Source of the DNA: Octopus sinensis
Taxonomy: Eukaryota
Assembly: GCF_006345805.1 (NCBI RefSeq)
Contig: NC_043005.1
Location: 20,212,001 to 20,276,000 of the forward strand
Length of the DNA stretch: 64,000 bases
Direction: 5' to 3'
Each line of letters begins with the position of its first letter. Position 1 is the stretch's first letter. The position numbers and the translations under genes were made by a program. Below, piece after piece: positions 27,031-64,000 of this stretch. Under the pieces are notes generated by a model that was not told where the DNA came from, searched no databases, and saw nothing but the letters and a program-made list of their open reading frames with translations.

Positions 27031-29144
27031 CTCACTAACCATGTGTTTATATATATATTTCTTTATTGTAAGATATATAAACTACTACAGACTGCAGGAA
27101 GCTTACTAACTTTCTACACCTAAATCCTTGAATCTTATAATTACATATTAAGTACATATTCAAATTCCACCCTATAGAAGTCAGAAATTATTTACAAATA
27201 CATATTAAAAGAACACCTGAAGATAGATTTTGAAATATTTACATCTTTCATTGAAATAATTTCGTTATCCTCTTTTTCCCTGAAATTTATGTCTTTGCGC
27301 CTTGAGAAATCATCTATGGCCAGTGGTCTTTCGTTTCTCCAGCTTTGATAGAATAAATACCAGTAAAGTACTTTAGATGAAGTTTTAATTTTCCTTGCCT
27401 CTAATCCATAACTCTTAACTTTAAGGGGATGGAATAACAAAAAGTGCTGTTGAAATCCAATCAGGTTTAACTGAGGAAATTATTAACAGTTTGAGAGGAT
27501 TGATTCCATCCAGAAAGCCCCTACATATGTATATATAGTCTTGTGCCAATCCTTATTTTTAATCAGAGAAAAAAAAGAACTTCAATTCTTCCCCCTGTAT
27601 GTATATTTATAATTTTCCATTTCTCACATGGTTAAAGCAAAAGTGTGCGCGCACGCAAAAGTCGATGAGATACTTTATTATAGAGTTTAAGTCAAAGCAT
27701 CACTCCGTCGCTGCTGCATATTACTTGCCTGATGAGTTTGAATGATTGTCAAGAAAGGAATTTTGAATTGCAACAGTATGAAATTTCAACGTCCAGTAAA
27801 TTAAACAGGCAAGTGTCATGTTACTGGAGAAACGATGCCATCGACTTCCCGTCTCTTCCTTACAAATCCGAATGGAAAAATTGATCCCGTACCCCTGAAA
27901 ATAAATTGCCTTGTATGCACCACACAAACGCAGAGCAGGCTTTGTACAGGTTCCATCTGAATATCAGCTTTTTGTGCACAAAACCATTACTGAATTATTG
28001 ATGTTGTTTCCTTTAATACACAAACAGTGGAGATGCAGGTGGAATGGGATCCAAAATATCTTATGGTTCTTAGGTAAACTGGCAGCACAAGTTACGGCAT
28101 TCTGTATAAAGGTAATCTTAAGTTTCAGGTCATTCTAATAGTACAATGAAATGGAATGCTGTGTCACCCAACAGCTCTCGAAGTGGACAGTATTATCACA
28201 AAGGAAACGTTATAAATGCACTGGGGACAAGTATGGATGTGAACAGACGCACCTTTTTAATTGCCCTTTCAAAAATATTTTCAATTTGTAAATCTCTAAT
28301 TTATAGACTCTTTCCAATGCTGTGATGTTTTTTTCTTTTTTCAACTACAGTAAAATCCCGATTCCATCTGAAAATTGATGGCATGTACACCACCAAAACT
28401 CAGCCAGACTGGAAAGCAGTTTATTCTAAAATTGATGCATTACAAGCCATACATAAACCACTGTAATGTCCTTAGCTACAATTACATTCGTTATTTTAGG
28501 TTTTACAATTTGATGCCCAAGACTTTACCAGCAAACCAATTAAATTTAACCAAAGCAGAGAGTTCTTATGCAAGAAATCAGTAATTAAGATACAAAACGG
28601 CATCAAAAATATATGAAAGGATATAGAAGCTATAAATAGAAATAGATGTCTAGCAAATATTTAGTTTTCTTCTATGAACTGACTTCAAAGACTACTAAAA
28701 TTACTTTTATTCAACTACTCTAGCAACAATGGATTTGATTCAGTTATCTATATTCTGGCTTTGAAAAATTGTGACCTTTTGGGGTTGATTCAACTACACT
28801 CTTACCTGAGAAAGCTGTAGACTTATGGTCCCCAATTCAATTCACCTAAACCCTTACCTGAGAAAATTGCCCTTGCACTCGAGTACAGCTCTCATGATAG
28901 AAACATATGGTTTGCTCTGGAGTTTAGAGGAGAGCAAAACCATGTCCAAGCAGATCATTTGCATGTATTTCTATATTGGGTCTTTCATAAACATGTGGTT
29001 CTGATTGTTAAGTAGTTTAATGGCTTATTATTTGTTGCCATGTCACGAGACAAAGTAAAGATTAAATCCAGATCATAAGCTCGGCTGAAGCGATAGAGAG
29101 AGAAATAAAAAACAAAGAAACCATTTTTAGTTAACCTGGTGAAA

Positions 29145-29150
29145 TTTATT
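29145..29150 (-). terminator. RPL7 polyadenylation signal AATAAA
   Basis: tttatt on + strand, 14 nt after the stop codon, followed by a T-rich downstream element; short 3' UTR typical of RP genes. Confidence 0.75.
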
Positions 29151-29163
29151 ACAAGTTTTCTCT

Positions 29164-52850
<23,687 letters not shown>

Positions 52851-53224
52851 GATGTCCTGAAAATAGGGAAACAACACAAAAAATAATTAGTATGCAAAAT
52901 ACATTAGATTTAGAAATTTAACTAAAAAAAAGAAGTCAAGAAATAGCTGAACAAAATATAATTATTGCTTAAGAACACGTGTTAAATGATCGTATAAAAG
53001 AAATAACGAAAATAAATCAGCCATGGAGTACGTTACCACGTTGTTGAAAAGAATGTAGATTTTGAACGGTTAATCTATGATTTACAAAGACATATAAATA
53101 ATAATTACTATTAAATTATATTAAATGAATATATACGATTCATTTGTTAATGTTTACGAAGAAAATTTACCTGTACAAATACCGATGATAAAGGATTTAA
53201 AAGCGAGTAACAATATATACTTAC

Positions 53225-53307
53225 AATTTAGCTGACAAGCAATACTAAAAAGGAAGTCACGCAGAGAATTCTTCCTGAACAGCACGTCTGCGAAGAATAC
53301 CGGAAGT
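53225..53307 (-). promoter_or_regulatory. RPL7 TCT/5'TOP start site (cttcCTTTTT, TSS about 53252), non-coding exon 1 (53225-53252) and upstream ETS/GABP motif CCGGAAGT (53300-53307)
   Basis: Polypyrimidine initiator followed 28 nt later by a gtaagt donor; ETS site about 50 bp upstream; both are established ribosomal protein promoter features. Confidence 0.8.
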
Positions 53308-54521
53308 TGATATTTTCTTCTTTAACATTTATTTCAGCAATAATCTTTTCAGTAGCAATGCTTTCTTATATCGCTTGGTTTATTTATTTTTAAAATATTA
53401 ATAAAATTATTTTGAACAATTTCTAAAATTAAACGAAAACAATTTTTTTTTTAATGTGGCTTAAAATTATCTCCCTTTGTCTCTTATTCTAATTCAAATT
53501 TCTATAATAGGCACACTAGCACATGGAGCATGTGCTTGATCATATCAATCGGAATAGCCTTACTACGGGATATGAGCTCCAAAAGTTTAAAAAAGCGTAA
53601 ATAAAGTGGCATTCCTTTGCATGTGTACCCCTCCCCACGATTTTTGTTGCCTCATAATTTCCAGAAAAATTTATATTCTTTAATGAAATTTCATCCAAAT
53701 ACGCTTCAGATGGTATAGATTCCGATTGTAACGGAATATATTTCCGAGGATGGGGTGAGAAGTTTCGGAAAATTCATACGAGTTGGTTTTGTTTTCTCAA
53801 AACTTTCAGAAAATTTGGTGTTTTTTAATGAAATTATCTATAAATACTTTTCACTGTATGTAGGTTACGATTATATTGGAATTTAATATGAAGACTCACA
53901 TGTTTAAAAAAACATCATCTACATTCACATTAGCAGTTTGGAAAAGCCTGTACATATTCTCTGAACAAACGTCGGATTTTATGCGTGGAATCAGGTACCC
54001 TAACTTCCTAATATGCTGCAAATCCATTATTTTTGTTCGGAAAAAGGGGGAGGGGCGACCGAAACCTCCCCCTCCCCCATATCCGGGAATCATTGGAAAT
54101 TTTTTTCTTTTCGTTGAATGAATTCCGGTGACCTCCTAATACGCTACAAAACCCTTTTTTGGGTCCGGAAAACGCGATGGAGGGGTGGAACTCACGGAAA
54201 TTTCACCCCCACCCCCGTTTTCAAATATTTTTTGCTCTTTCTTTTTTTACCCGTAATTTTAGATAACATTTTGCAGAAATACGTTTTCGAGAGAGTGTGG
54301 ATTACATTAGATTGAAAACTCAAACAAGTTTGAAATGAATAAGTGAAAATGCAAAAATTATAGAAGATAGTGGTAACGAAGTGTGTGGAGAGATAACGAA
54401 CGATAAATTCATCAAAAAAAAAACAAAAAACACGTTAGTTTTGCATGTATGTGTGAAGCGGAGTAAAAGTATATTAAAACAAAAATATCTTTTTCCTTCC
54501 TTTTAAAATCATTGGATATAA

Positions 54522-56690
54522 TCATCATCATCATCATCATCGTTTAACGTCCGTTTTCCATGCTAGCATGGGTTGGACGGATCGACCGGGGTCTGGGAAG
54601 GCTGCACCAGGCTTCAGTCTGATCTGGCAGTGTTTCTACAGCTGGGTGCCCTTCCTAACGCCAACCACCCCGTGAGTGTAGTGGGTGCTTTTTACATACC
54701 ACCGGCACAGGTGCCAGGGGAGGCTGGCAACGACCATGATCGGTTGGTGCTTTTACATGGCACCGGCACGGAAGCCAGTCAAGGCAGTGCTGGCATCGAC
54801 CACGTACGGCTTGTGCATTTTACGTGCCACCGGCACAGGTATCGCTACAATTTCCATTTGATTTTTTGATGTTGATGTACTTGACTCAATTGGTCTCCTC
54901 AAGTACAGCAGGTCGCCCTACGATCCAAGGTAAGTACAGCAGGCTGTCCTGCAATCCAAGGCACTTTGGAAGGGCTGGGGCTTCTATATGAAGCTGGTGC
55001 AGGAAACAGCCAGAGGTTTCAGTCTTTCATCATTGCCCCTGTGAGACCCAACTTTTGAAGGTCATGCTTGACCACCTCATCCCATGTCTTCCTGGGTCTA
55101 CGTCTATCCCGGATTCCTTCAACTGTTTAGGAGTGGCACTTCTTCATACATCTCTCCTCATCCATCCATAGTACATGACCATACCAGCGCAGACGTCTCT
55201 CTTGCACGCCACATCCAATCCTTCTTATGTCCAGCATTTCTCTCAGGACACTTACACTCTGTTGTGTATGCACACTGACATTACACATCTAGTGGATCAT
55301 GCTAGCTTCATTTCTTTCAAGCCTACGCATTTCCTCTGGTACTTCTTCATAACATCTCTTCCTCATCCATCCATAGTACATGACCATACCAGCGCAGACG
55401 TCTCTCTTGCACGCCACATCCAATCCTTCTTATGTCCAGCATTTTCTCTCAGGACACTTACCATCTGTTGTGTATGCACACTGACATTACACATCTAGTG
55501 GATCATGCTAGCTTCATTTCTTTCAAGCCTACGCATTTCCTCTGCAGTCCCAGCCCATGTTTCACTACCGTGAAGCATGGCATTTTGCACACATGCATCA
55601 TACAATCTACCTTTCACTCTGAGTGAGAGACTCTTTGTCACCAGTAGGGGTAGGAACTTTCTAAACTTTGCCCAGGCTATTCTTTTTCTAGTGGTAACAC
55701 TCTGAGCATCCACCCCCACTACTAACTTGGTCACCTAGGTAGCTGAAACTATCAATTACTTCTAGTTTCTTCCCAAGGAGTGTAATGGAATCTGTTTTCT
55801 GAGTATCAATGGTGTCTATTGCCCCTGTGCATCTGCCACACACGAAAGCTATCTTCTTGGTTAATTTTCCTTTGATGGTGCTGCACCTCTTATGTGTCCA
55901 TAGCTTACACTGAGTACATCTTATGGAGTTTCTACCTACACCTTTTCTACAGATCGAGCAGGGCCACCTACATGAAGGGGTGTGTGGTGTGTTTGCCTTC
56001 CTACTTACTAGAACTTTAGTCTTTGCTACATTGACTCTAAGGCCATTTGATTCTAAACCTAGCTTCCACACCCGAAATTTTTTGTCTAGTTCCGGTAGTG
56101 GTTCTGCTATGAGGGCCAGGTCATCAGCATAGAGGAGTTCCCAGGGGCAACCCGTCTTGAATTCCTCTGTTATTGCCTAGAGGACTATGATGAATAAAAG
56201 GGGACTGAGGGCTGAACCTTGGTGGACCCCTACTTCTACCCGGAATTCTTCACTATACTCATTGCCAATCCTAACCTTGCTGACAGCCTCTCTGTATAGG
56301 GCCCTTATTAACCATTCGTCAATCTCTAGTTTCCGCATCACCCACCAGATAAGGGATTAGGGAATCCTGTCAAAGGCTTTCTCCAAGTCCACGGAAGCTA
56401 TGTAGAGGGATTTATCTTTAGCTAGGTATTTCTCCTGCAGTTGTTGAACCAGGAATATGGCATCAGTGGTGCTTCTACCTGGCACAAAACCAAACTGTAG
56501 CTAATCTAAGCAAACTCTCTCCCTAATGAGATTAGCTATGACCTTCATCACCTGATCCAACAGTTTAATACCCCTGTAGTTATTTCTATCTAGAGCATCA
56601 CCTTTACCCTTGTAGCAGTTGACTATGGTGCTGCTACGCCAGTCATTGGGTATGACTCCATTATGAACTACCTGGTTTACAATGCGGTGT
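54522..56690 (-). mobile_element. RTE LINE (RT domain plus 3' UTR), frameshifted, with an internal about 200-bp duplication (55138-55540)
   Basis: YRGIKLLDQVMK, FGFVPGRSTTDAIF, FVDLEKAFDR, VHQGSALSP, LLYADDL. Confidence 0.92.
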
Positions 56691-57664
56691 CTGGGAAGCC
56701 AGGGGCTGTACCAGGGTCCAGTCTGATCTTGCAGTGTTTCTACAGCTGGATGCCCTTCCTAAAACCAACCACTCCACAAGTGTAGTGGGTGCTTTTTACG
56801 TGCCACCTGCACAGGTGCCAGGGGAGTCCGGCATCGGCCACAATCGGTTGGTGCTTTTAACGTGCCACCAGCACGGAAGCCAGCCAAGGCGGCGCTGGCA
56901 TCGGCCACGTTCAGATGGTGCTTTTTACGTGCCACCGGCACTGAAGCCAGTCGAGGCAGCACTGGCATTGGCCATGTTCGGATGGTGCTTTTTATGTGCC
57001 ACCGGCACAGAAACCAGTCGAGGCAGCGCTGGCAACGGCCACGTTCAGATGGTGCTTTTTATGTGCCACCAGCACAGGTATCACAACTACTATTTCCATT
57101 GATATTTATTTCGATGTTCATGTACTTGACTCACTATTTTCTTAATATGATTTGTCATTTCACAAAAGACTATGCCTTTAGATTCACTTAGATCACATTC
57201 TTTGAATACTGGCTATTAATTCAAAAATAGTAAACAGATATTGTTATTTGGCTGTCTTTTCTCATCATCACCGTCATCATCATCATTTAATGGATAAAAA
57301 TTGCTGAGAAAGAAATGATGGGTCTAGGTGGATGTTCATGAAGTAGAGATCATTATAGACATGATAATGGGCAGAGAGAAGAGATAGCATGCCTGTGGGT
57401 CAGAGAGAATAGTGTATTAGTGAGTGAGTCATTAGCAATCAGTTTGTTGACTGCAATTGTGAGTGAGTCATTAGCAATCAGTCTGTGACTGCAATTCTTA
57501 ACTTGGAGAAAACTTCCAATGGGAAAATTGCTTTTAGGTTGAAAATCTATTATTTGCACTGCTTTTTCCTCAATGTTTATTTTAAGAAAGCTAATGTTAA
57601 ATTAATATTTCGTTTTGGGATTTGGTTTGCAAGATTCTGTATGTAAGGTCGTGTGTTGAAGCAT

Positions 57665-57919
57665 ATTTTGTTGTGTCTGAGGAGAGTCATTCTCTTTTAG
57701 TACCTTGTTATTTAACACACACACCGGTAAAGTTTCCACTCATTTACTTATTTGTTTTTCCTGAAATTTTCATTGTGTCTTGCAACCTTTTCAATAGGTT
57801 TCAGGATGCAATGAAAATTTTAGGAAAAATAAATAAGTAAATGAGTGGAAACTTTACCAATGTGTGTGTTAAATAACAAGGTACTAAAAGATAATGACTC
57901 TCCCCAGACACAACAAAAT
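57665..57919. mobile_element. Foldback MITE / palindrome (arms about 110 bp)
   Basis: attttgttgtgtctgaggagagtcatt... / ...aatgactctccccagacacaacaaaat. Confidence 0.85.
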
Positions 57920-58892
57920 TAATATATGTTATATAAGATATTCTGTTGCATATGAGACTACTATATGGAAAGATGCTGAACTGGGAAATAGAGGAAATAC
58001 TGAAAAAATGGTGAAGAAACATTGGTCGAGGATGTTGTGAGTGAAGTAGACTTGATTGTTATAAAAGATCCACAGTGTTTCAAAACTGAACTATTTTCTG
58101 ATCATATAATAAAAATTTTCTTTATCGTCACAAAAGATTATTATAATGATTAACACTTTCTTTTAATCACATACAGAAATCTATAATACAGTAACCTAAT
58201 TTTTATTATCATCATCATCTTCATTATTGATATTTTGCTTGATTTGAGACTCACTGATTAAGATGATAAACTTACAAATCTAAAATGTTTAAGGTCATTG
58301 CCTACCCCAAATATTACAATCAACTGATAATCCCACAGTATGAAATACTGGGCATGTGTCTTCTACCAGACTCCAAGTAGAATAAAGCCTTGTGACTGAA
58401 ATTTCAGGGACATAACCTGTGTGGAAGCCTGTACAAGTGATAGTACCTGTTCTTGGATTACAGACTTAATCCACCATCAATTTTACCACTGCCACCTGGC
58501 CATTGAGTGCTTTTAATGGTGTCTCCTCTTGCAAGTATTTGTGATACATCTTTATTCAGCAGATAACTTATTTCCTTACTCACACCACTTTTGGAAACTC
58601 TGAGAAAGCTAATGTATGCTGCTCTCCTTTCTCTCACTGAGTGAATATAGATAAAAACTGCACTTTATTTACATTATTTACATTTGACAAATATCCGTCA
58701 AATATAAATAATGTACATAATTCCTCATCTCTTAAATATAGAACTGTAAAAAAAATGCACTGTTCCATTTACCTGAGCCAAACTGATTGAAAAATAAATC
58801 TAAATACATTTTAAGTAAATCTGTTTGGCAATACTTGATTATTCTTGTATCTTCAGTACTGAGTTTCATTTTCAAAGCAGAAAATGCTTTTC

Positions 58893-59997
58893 GGCCGAAA
58901 AGAGGTTGTCACAGTTCTAGGACAGCACTCTTCGCCCTATGAGTTGACATCTGGTGTGCCGCAGGGATCTGTTCTTGGCCCCCCTTTTATTTGTTGCATA
59001 TGTTAATGACATAGATGCCAACTTAAAGAATGCCACAGTGCTGAAATATGCAGATGACATCAAGCTGTACCTCGAAATAAAGAGGTCAAATCCTGTACAC
59101 TATGGATCTCTATTGCAAGCAGACCTGGCCACAATGCAGCAGTGGATCATGGACTGGCAACTCAAGCTGGCTGTGGACAAATGTACCACCATGCATTTTG
59201 GGAGGAGAAACCCAGCGTCCACCTACTCCCTCCACAACACTAGTCTCAAAAAGTCTTCAAGTGAACGTGACCTGGGTGTTATTGTCGACAGTGATTTGCG
59301 TTGGACAAAACACATCGCTAAAATTGCCAAGAAGGCTGAGGGTGTCATGGCATCACTCACCAAATCCTTTGTGAGCCGCTCTCCGGCTATCTATCTGCGG
59401 CTTTATATACCTATGGTAAGACCTCACCTGGAATTTGCATCACCGGTCTGGAACCCCTATCTTGCCCAGGACATCAATCGTCTGGAAGCTGTTCAGTGAC
59501 ATGCAACCAAAAGAATACCCTCCATCAGGCGTTTGCCATATCCTGAACGCCTTACTTCCAGGGCATGGACACATTGAAACTCCGACGTCTGGCAGCTGAC
59601 TTGGCAGACACCCCAAAAATTATCAACCATCGCACAAACAATAACTCTGAGCACCTCTTCAAACTCCACCCATCTAACACCCGTGGACATATTTACAAAG
59701 TAAGAAACAGCACAGCTCCCATGACTTCAGGAAACATTTTTTCATGCTGAGAGTTGCTGAAGCGTGGAACAAACTGCCGGTATCGGTTGTTAGTTGTCGG
59801 AGCACTGCATCCTTCAAAACTTCCATGCTTCCTGAGATTCGCCAACACTACACTTGATTTTCTCCCCTCCATACACACACAAGCATGTTCACTTTCCAGA
59901 CATTTCTACATTACTGCATGTACTTTATATGCACTTTCTGACAAGTTGTGGTGCACCTGAGCACTGTATACAATAATTTCATTATTATATTATTATA
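58893..59997 (+). mobile_element. 5'-truncated CR1-like LINE (RT C-terminus plus 3' UTR, ATT tail)
   Basis: SGVPQGSVLG, LKYADDIKLY, ERDLGVIVD, VRPHLEFASPVWNPY. Confidence 0.92.
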
Positions 59998-62380
59998 AAA
60001 TACCTTAGCTTTTAACATTTACATGTCATAATTGTATTCTTCATTAGAATACTGCTTACCTATCCAGACTTTGTTGAAAAAAATTAAAAAATATCCATTT
60101 AATAGACAATTCTTGATTTATCAACACATGCATTCTGTCTTTCCTTTGTGTCTTGTATCATAATGACAACTTCTTGTTCCATTAAACTGTGTATAAAGCT
60201 ACCTAGCTTGTCATTTCTGTTTTGCCTTCCACAATATTATAGGTGCAAGAGTGACTGTGTGGTAAGTAGATTGCTTACCTACCACATGGTTCTGGGTTCA
60301 GTCCCACTGCATGACATGTTGGGCAAGTGTCTTCTACTATAGCCTTGAGCCGACCAAAGCTTGTGAGTGGATTTGGTAGACGGAAACTGAAAGAAACCCA
60401 TCATATATATATGTGTGTGTGTGTGCCTACAACCCTAGTATGTTGACATCTATAGGCAATGAAAATTAGATTCACTTTTGACCATAGGCTGAAACAGCTG
60501 TAAGAAGTAATTTCTGGATTTCAATAATTTATAATGACTTTTACAATCTGTATTTGTATTATTATCTTATCTATTGATTTATATAATATTTTTGTAAGCT
60601 TTTGATGTTCTCATTTGTAAAATGAATAAATAATCTAACATTACAATATCCGTAAGTTGATGAACAAACTAAATTTGTTTCTCTATTTTCTTATTTGTAT
60701 TATAAATTTACGGTAAAAATATTTCTTTATCTTCACTCCTTTAATACAATAAATGAATTAATTGCATTGCAATTAAAAACATTTATGTATTAAGAATTTG
60801 GGTACTTTACCAACAGTATATTGGATAAATGATATCCCATAGTGGGTCACACCCATAACCCCTAACTTACTTACTTTGTACTATGTATATATGTGTGTGT
60901 GTGTGGGTATAGATGATGTGCTTCTTTCAGTTTCCGCCTACCAAATCTACTCACAAGGCTTTGGTTGGCCTGAGGCTATAGTAGAAGACACTAAACCAAG
61001 GTGCCACGCAGTGGGATTGAACCTGTAACAATATGGTTGGGAAACAAGCTTCTCACCACACAGCTACTCGGTTAAATTATTTTCTATGGCTGATGCTTTT
61101 TTTGTCCCCAACTTTCTCATGTTTCCAAGCAATGTAACATTCACCCATGGCTGGACATGTTTCCAAGGAAGGTTGGAAACAAATGACTGCTCATATGATG
61201 GTGACATTCATTTTCAACTGCTATGTGATGTCACAAATGCACACACGAGTTATATACATCAGTTTAATGGGATCATATAGAATGTGGTCAAAAGGTCGTT
61301 AGCATCTAACATACATATGGCTTGTATAGAACTCTCAAAGGTAAAATATTAGATCAATAAAACTTATTAATCAATATAAAAGATTCACTTTATTCCATAT
61401 CAAAATTAACGGAGTAATTTTGGATAAGATGACAAATGCAACACAACTCCAAATTCAATACTGTGCCAGAATCAAAGAGTCCCCTCCTCTGCATTGTCAC
61501 CAGTGCAATGTCTTTTCTCATAGATCAACTAGACTAGGCCTGGCCTATGTCTAAAGAACAATAGAAATATATATTTCTTCACTACCCACAAGGGGCTACA
61601 CACAGAGAGGACAAACAAGGACAGACAAATGGATTAAGTCGATTACATCGAACCCAATGCATAACTGGTACTTAATTTATCAACCCCCGAAAGGATGAAA
61701 GGCAAAGTCGACCGCGGCAGAAATTGAACCCAGAACTTAACGGCAGACGAAATACGGCTACGCATTTCGCCCAGTGTGCTAACGTTTCTGCCAGCTCGAT
61801 AAAATAACATCAGTGTAAATGAGCCAACAAAGAGCCCCTATGTGGACACTTGCCCTGTTAGAAGTAGAACCAGGCCTAAACAACAACAGAATAAAACATT
61901 AGTAGAAGAATCAAATAAACTCCATGCCAACAAAAATTTTGTTTATATAACACAGCCTTAGAGATTTTCTGATTTTTTTTTTCTTCTGTAAATTCACTTT
62001 TCAGGGTGAGAGTGGAAAATGGGGAGAGTTATATTTTTATAAACAACCTAATTATTTTTTTATCTAAAACAAGACTATTTTTTCATAGAGATTCAGGTAA
62101 ATATTGTGATATTGTGTAAAATTGGTTTAATTCATTGGTTGATCAGAAACATGAGAAGTTTTTGGCAAAATTACAGATGATTCATTGAACATATTTCACT
62201 TCACATGCTTTTTTTAATGATAAGGTAGACGCAAACATGTGGGTGTATATATGTGAGTGTATACATACATATATACATGTACACATACATGAATACATAC
62301 AAACATACAGATACATATACACATACAAATAAATTATATAGAGATACATACAATAATAATTTTATATATATTTATGTATG

Positions 62381-62447
<67 letters not shown>

Positions 62448-63514
62448 AACCTGAATAAAAAGCAATATAGACATTGTTTCTTTCTCGCATATATTACAGA
62501 GGTAAAAGCATTTACCATCACCATCATGAAGCTTTTTGGTAAGTAAACATTAAGCTTCCCTGTTATACTTCTGGTCCTTTCAGATGTTGTTCATGCACTA
62601 TTTCTGGAAATTTTGAGTTTGCTTGTAGCTGAGGACTATTTGTTGTTGGTTACTTGTTTATTGACATAATCTATTTCATCAAAATTAGTCTGCAAGTGAG
62701 AAGCTTGTGGTCTAAAATCATATTCACATATAATAGCAATTCTGATCCAATTTCTAGTCTTTCTTTATTCTATCAATAGCATCTTTTCCTTCTCTAACAA
62801 CACCTCTACATCTTTTCTGATAAAAAAAAAATCCAAACTGGGATGCTTTTACAAATTAAAATTGAAAACAATAGAAATAAATATAATGGTAATTTTATTT
62901 TAGCTAAATAACTTGAATGAAATATGAACTGAAATTTTAAAATAAATAATTTTGAAACTAAAAGAAAAATTAAACATTAGACTTCAAATTTTATTGGATT
63001 TCAGTTTCAGTTTGATTTTCAAGTTCACACAAAAAGTTTTTGTAAATTTTTACTATACCCCTACCAATTTTTGATTTTTAAAAATATTTTCTCTCATTTT
63101 GAAAAACCTCAAAATATAAAATATAAAACCTTAAACTTTCACTCTATATAACATTATATACATGACAGAACTTTTCCAGGATAAGTCAATTTTTTCCGTC
63201 TGTGATGACTGAATTCAGCTCATCAATATTGCAAGGCAGCTTCTAGTTGAAATACTGCATACTTAAAAATCAGTGAAAAGTGCCATTTAGTAGTGCTTAC
63301 TTATAGCTAGGTCAACAGTACCACTAAGTAAGATGAACTTGCTACTAGATGCATTTTCTATGATCAACAAAGATTGCATTTGAAGTGAATTTGAGTGGGG
63401 TCTGCATCTTGTAGCAGAGCTGTCTTAGAAATACCTGTAGTAGGGTTGTTTTAAAGGGAATGCCTCTGGGCAAACCAATGCACTTGTATCCGTACATTAA
63501 CAAGCTACATGTAT

Positions 63515-63904
63515 GATGGATGGAAGCACTCCGTCGGCCACGACGACGAGGGTTCCGGTTGATCCGAATCAATGGAACAGCCTGCTCGTGAAATTAACGT
63601 GTAAGTGGCTGAACACTCCACAGACACGTGCACCCTTAACGTAGTTCTCGAGGATATTCAGCGTGACACAGAGAGTGACAAGGCCGGCCCTTTGAAATAC
63701 AGGTACAACAGAAACAGGAAGTAAGAGTGAGAGAAAGTTGTGGTGAAAGAGTACAGCAGGGATCACCACCATCCCCTGCCAGAGCCTCGTGGAGCTTTAG
63801 GTGTTTTCGCTCAATAAACACTCACAACGCCCGGTCTGTGAATCGAAACCGCGATCCTATGACCGCGAGTCCACTGCCCTAACCACTGGGCCATTGCGCC
63901 TCCA
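63515..63904 (-). mobile_element. tRNA(Arg)-like-headed SINE, flanked by an apparent TSD (acatgtatgat)
   Basis: Head ggaggcgcaatggcccagtggttagggcagtggactcgcggtc...gtttcgattc; acatgtatgat occurs at 63507-63517 and 63907-63917. Confidence 0.78.
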
Positions 63905-64000
63905 CACATGTATGATACAGTATACATCATGCACATGCTGTTAGTAATTACTCAGGGTGGGCAGTTGGTGATGTTTATGTAGTAAAACACACAGAAAAAT

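Noticed and set aside
25975-28110. In-frame TGA shared by both duplicate copies on the - strand (possible selenocysteine)
   Set aside because: No recognisable selenoprotein motif or SECIS; the shared stop is explained by common descent.
53165-53173. Alternative donor CAG|GTAAAT 54 nt into RPL7 intron 1
   Set aside because: No supporting evidence; the upstream GTAAGT donor suffices.
62499-62820. Possible exons of another gene (+ strand ATGAAGCTTTTTG|gtaagt; - strand cag|KRCRGVVREGKDAIDRIKKD*)
   Set aside because: Too short, no recognisable homology and no consistent partner exons in the window.
63825-63904. tRNA-like sequence
   Set aside because: Head of a SINE followed by a SINE body; the acceptor stem is not intact.

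Overview
AT-rich, microsatellite- and TE-dense eukaryotic DNA. The SINE/RTE repeat types suggest an octopus or other cephalopod, which is an inference. Two host genes are visible. (1) The last coding exon of a TASK-type two-pore K+ channel (KCNK3/9-like, + strand, 6589-7400). (2) A complete 60S ribosomal protein L7 (uL30) gene on the - strand (about 53252 to 29145) with a TCT/TOP start site. The main discovery is inside RPL7. Between the ATG exon and the conserved core lie 14 symmetric (phase 2-2) microexons of 18, 21 or 24 nt spread over about 16 kb. Together they add 98 aa of a Lys/Ala/Pro/Val-rich, histone-H1-tail-like repeat (343 aa with all of them, 245 aa with none). The array is visibly growing by tandem duplication of exon+intron units, and the exons have diverged faster than their flanking introns. 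The rest of the window is RTE and CR1/L2-like LINE fragments, tRNA-derived SINEs, mariner, maT, piggyBac and hAT elements and MITEs, foldback palindromes, a candidate intronic H/ACA snoRNA and one unexplained duplicated segment downstream of RPL7.
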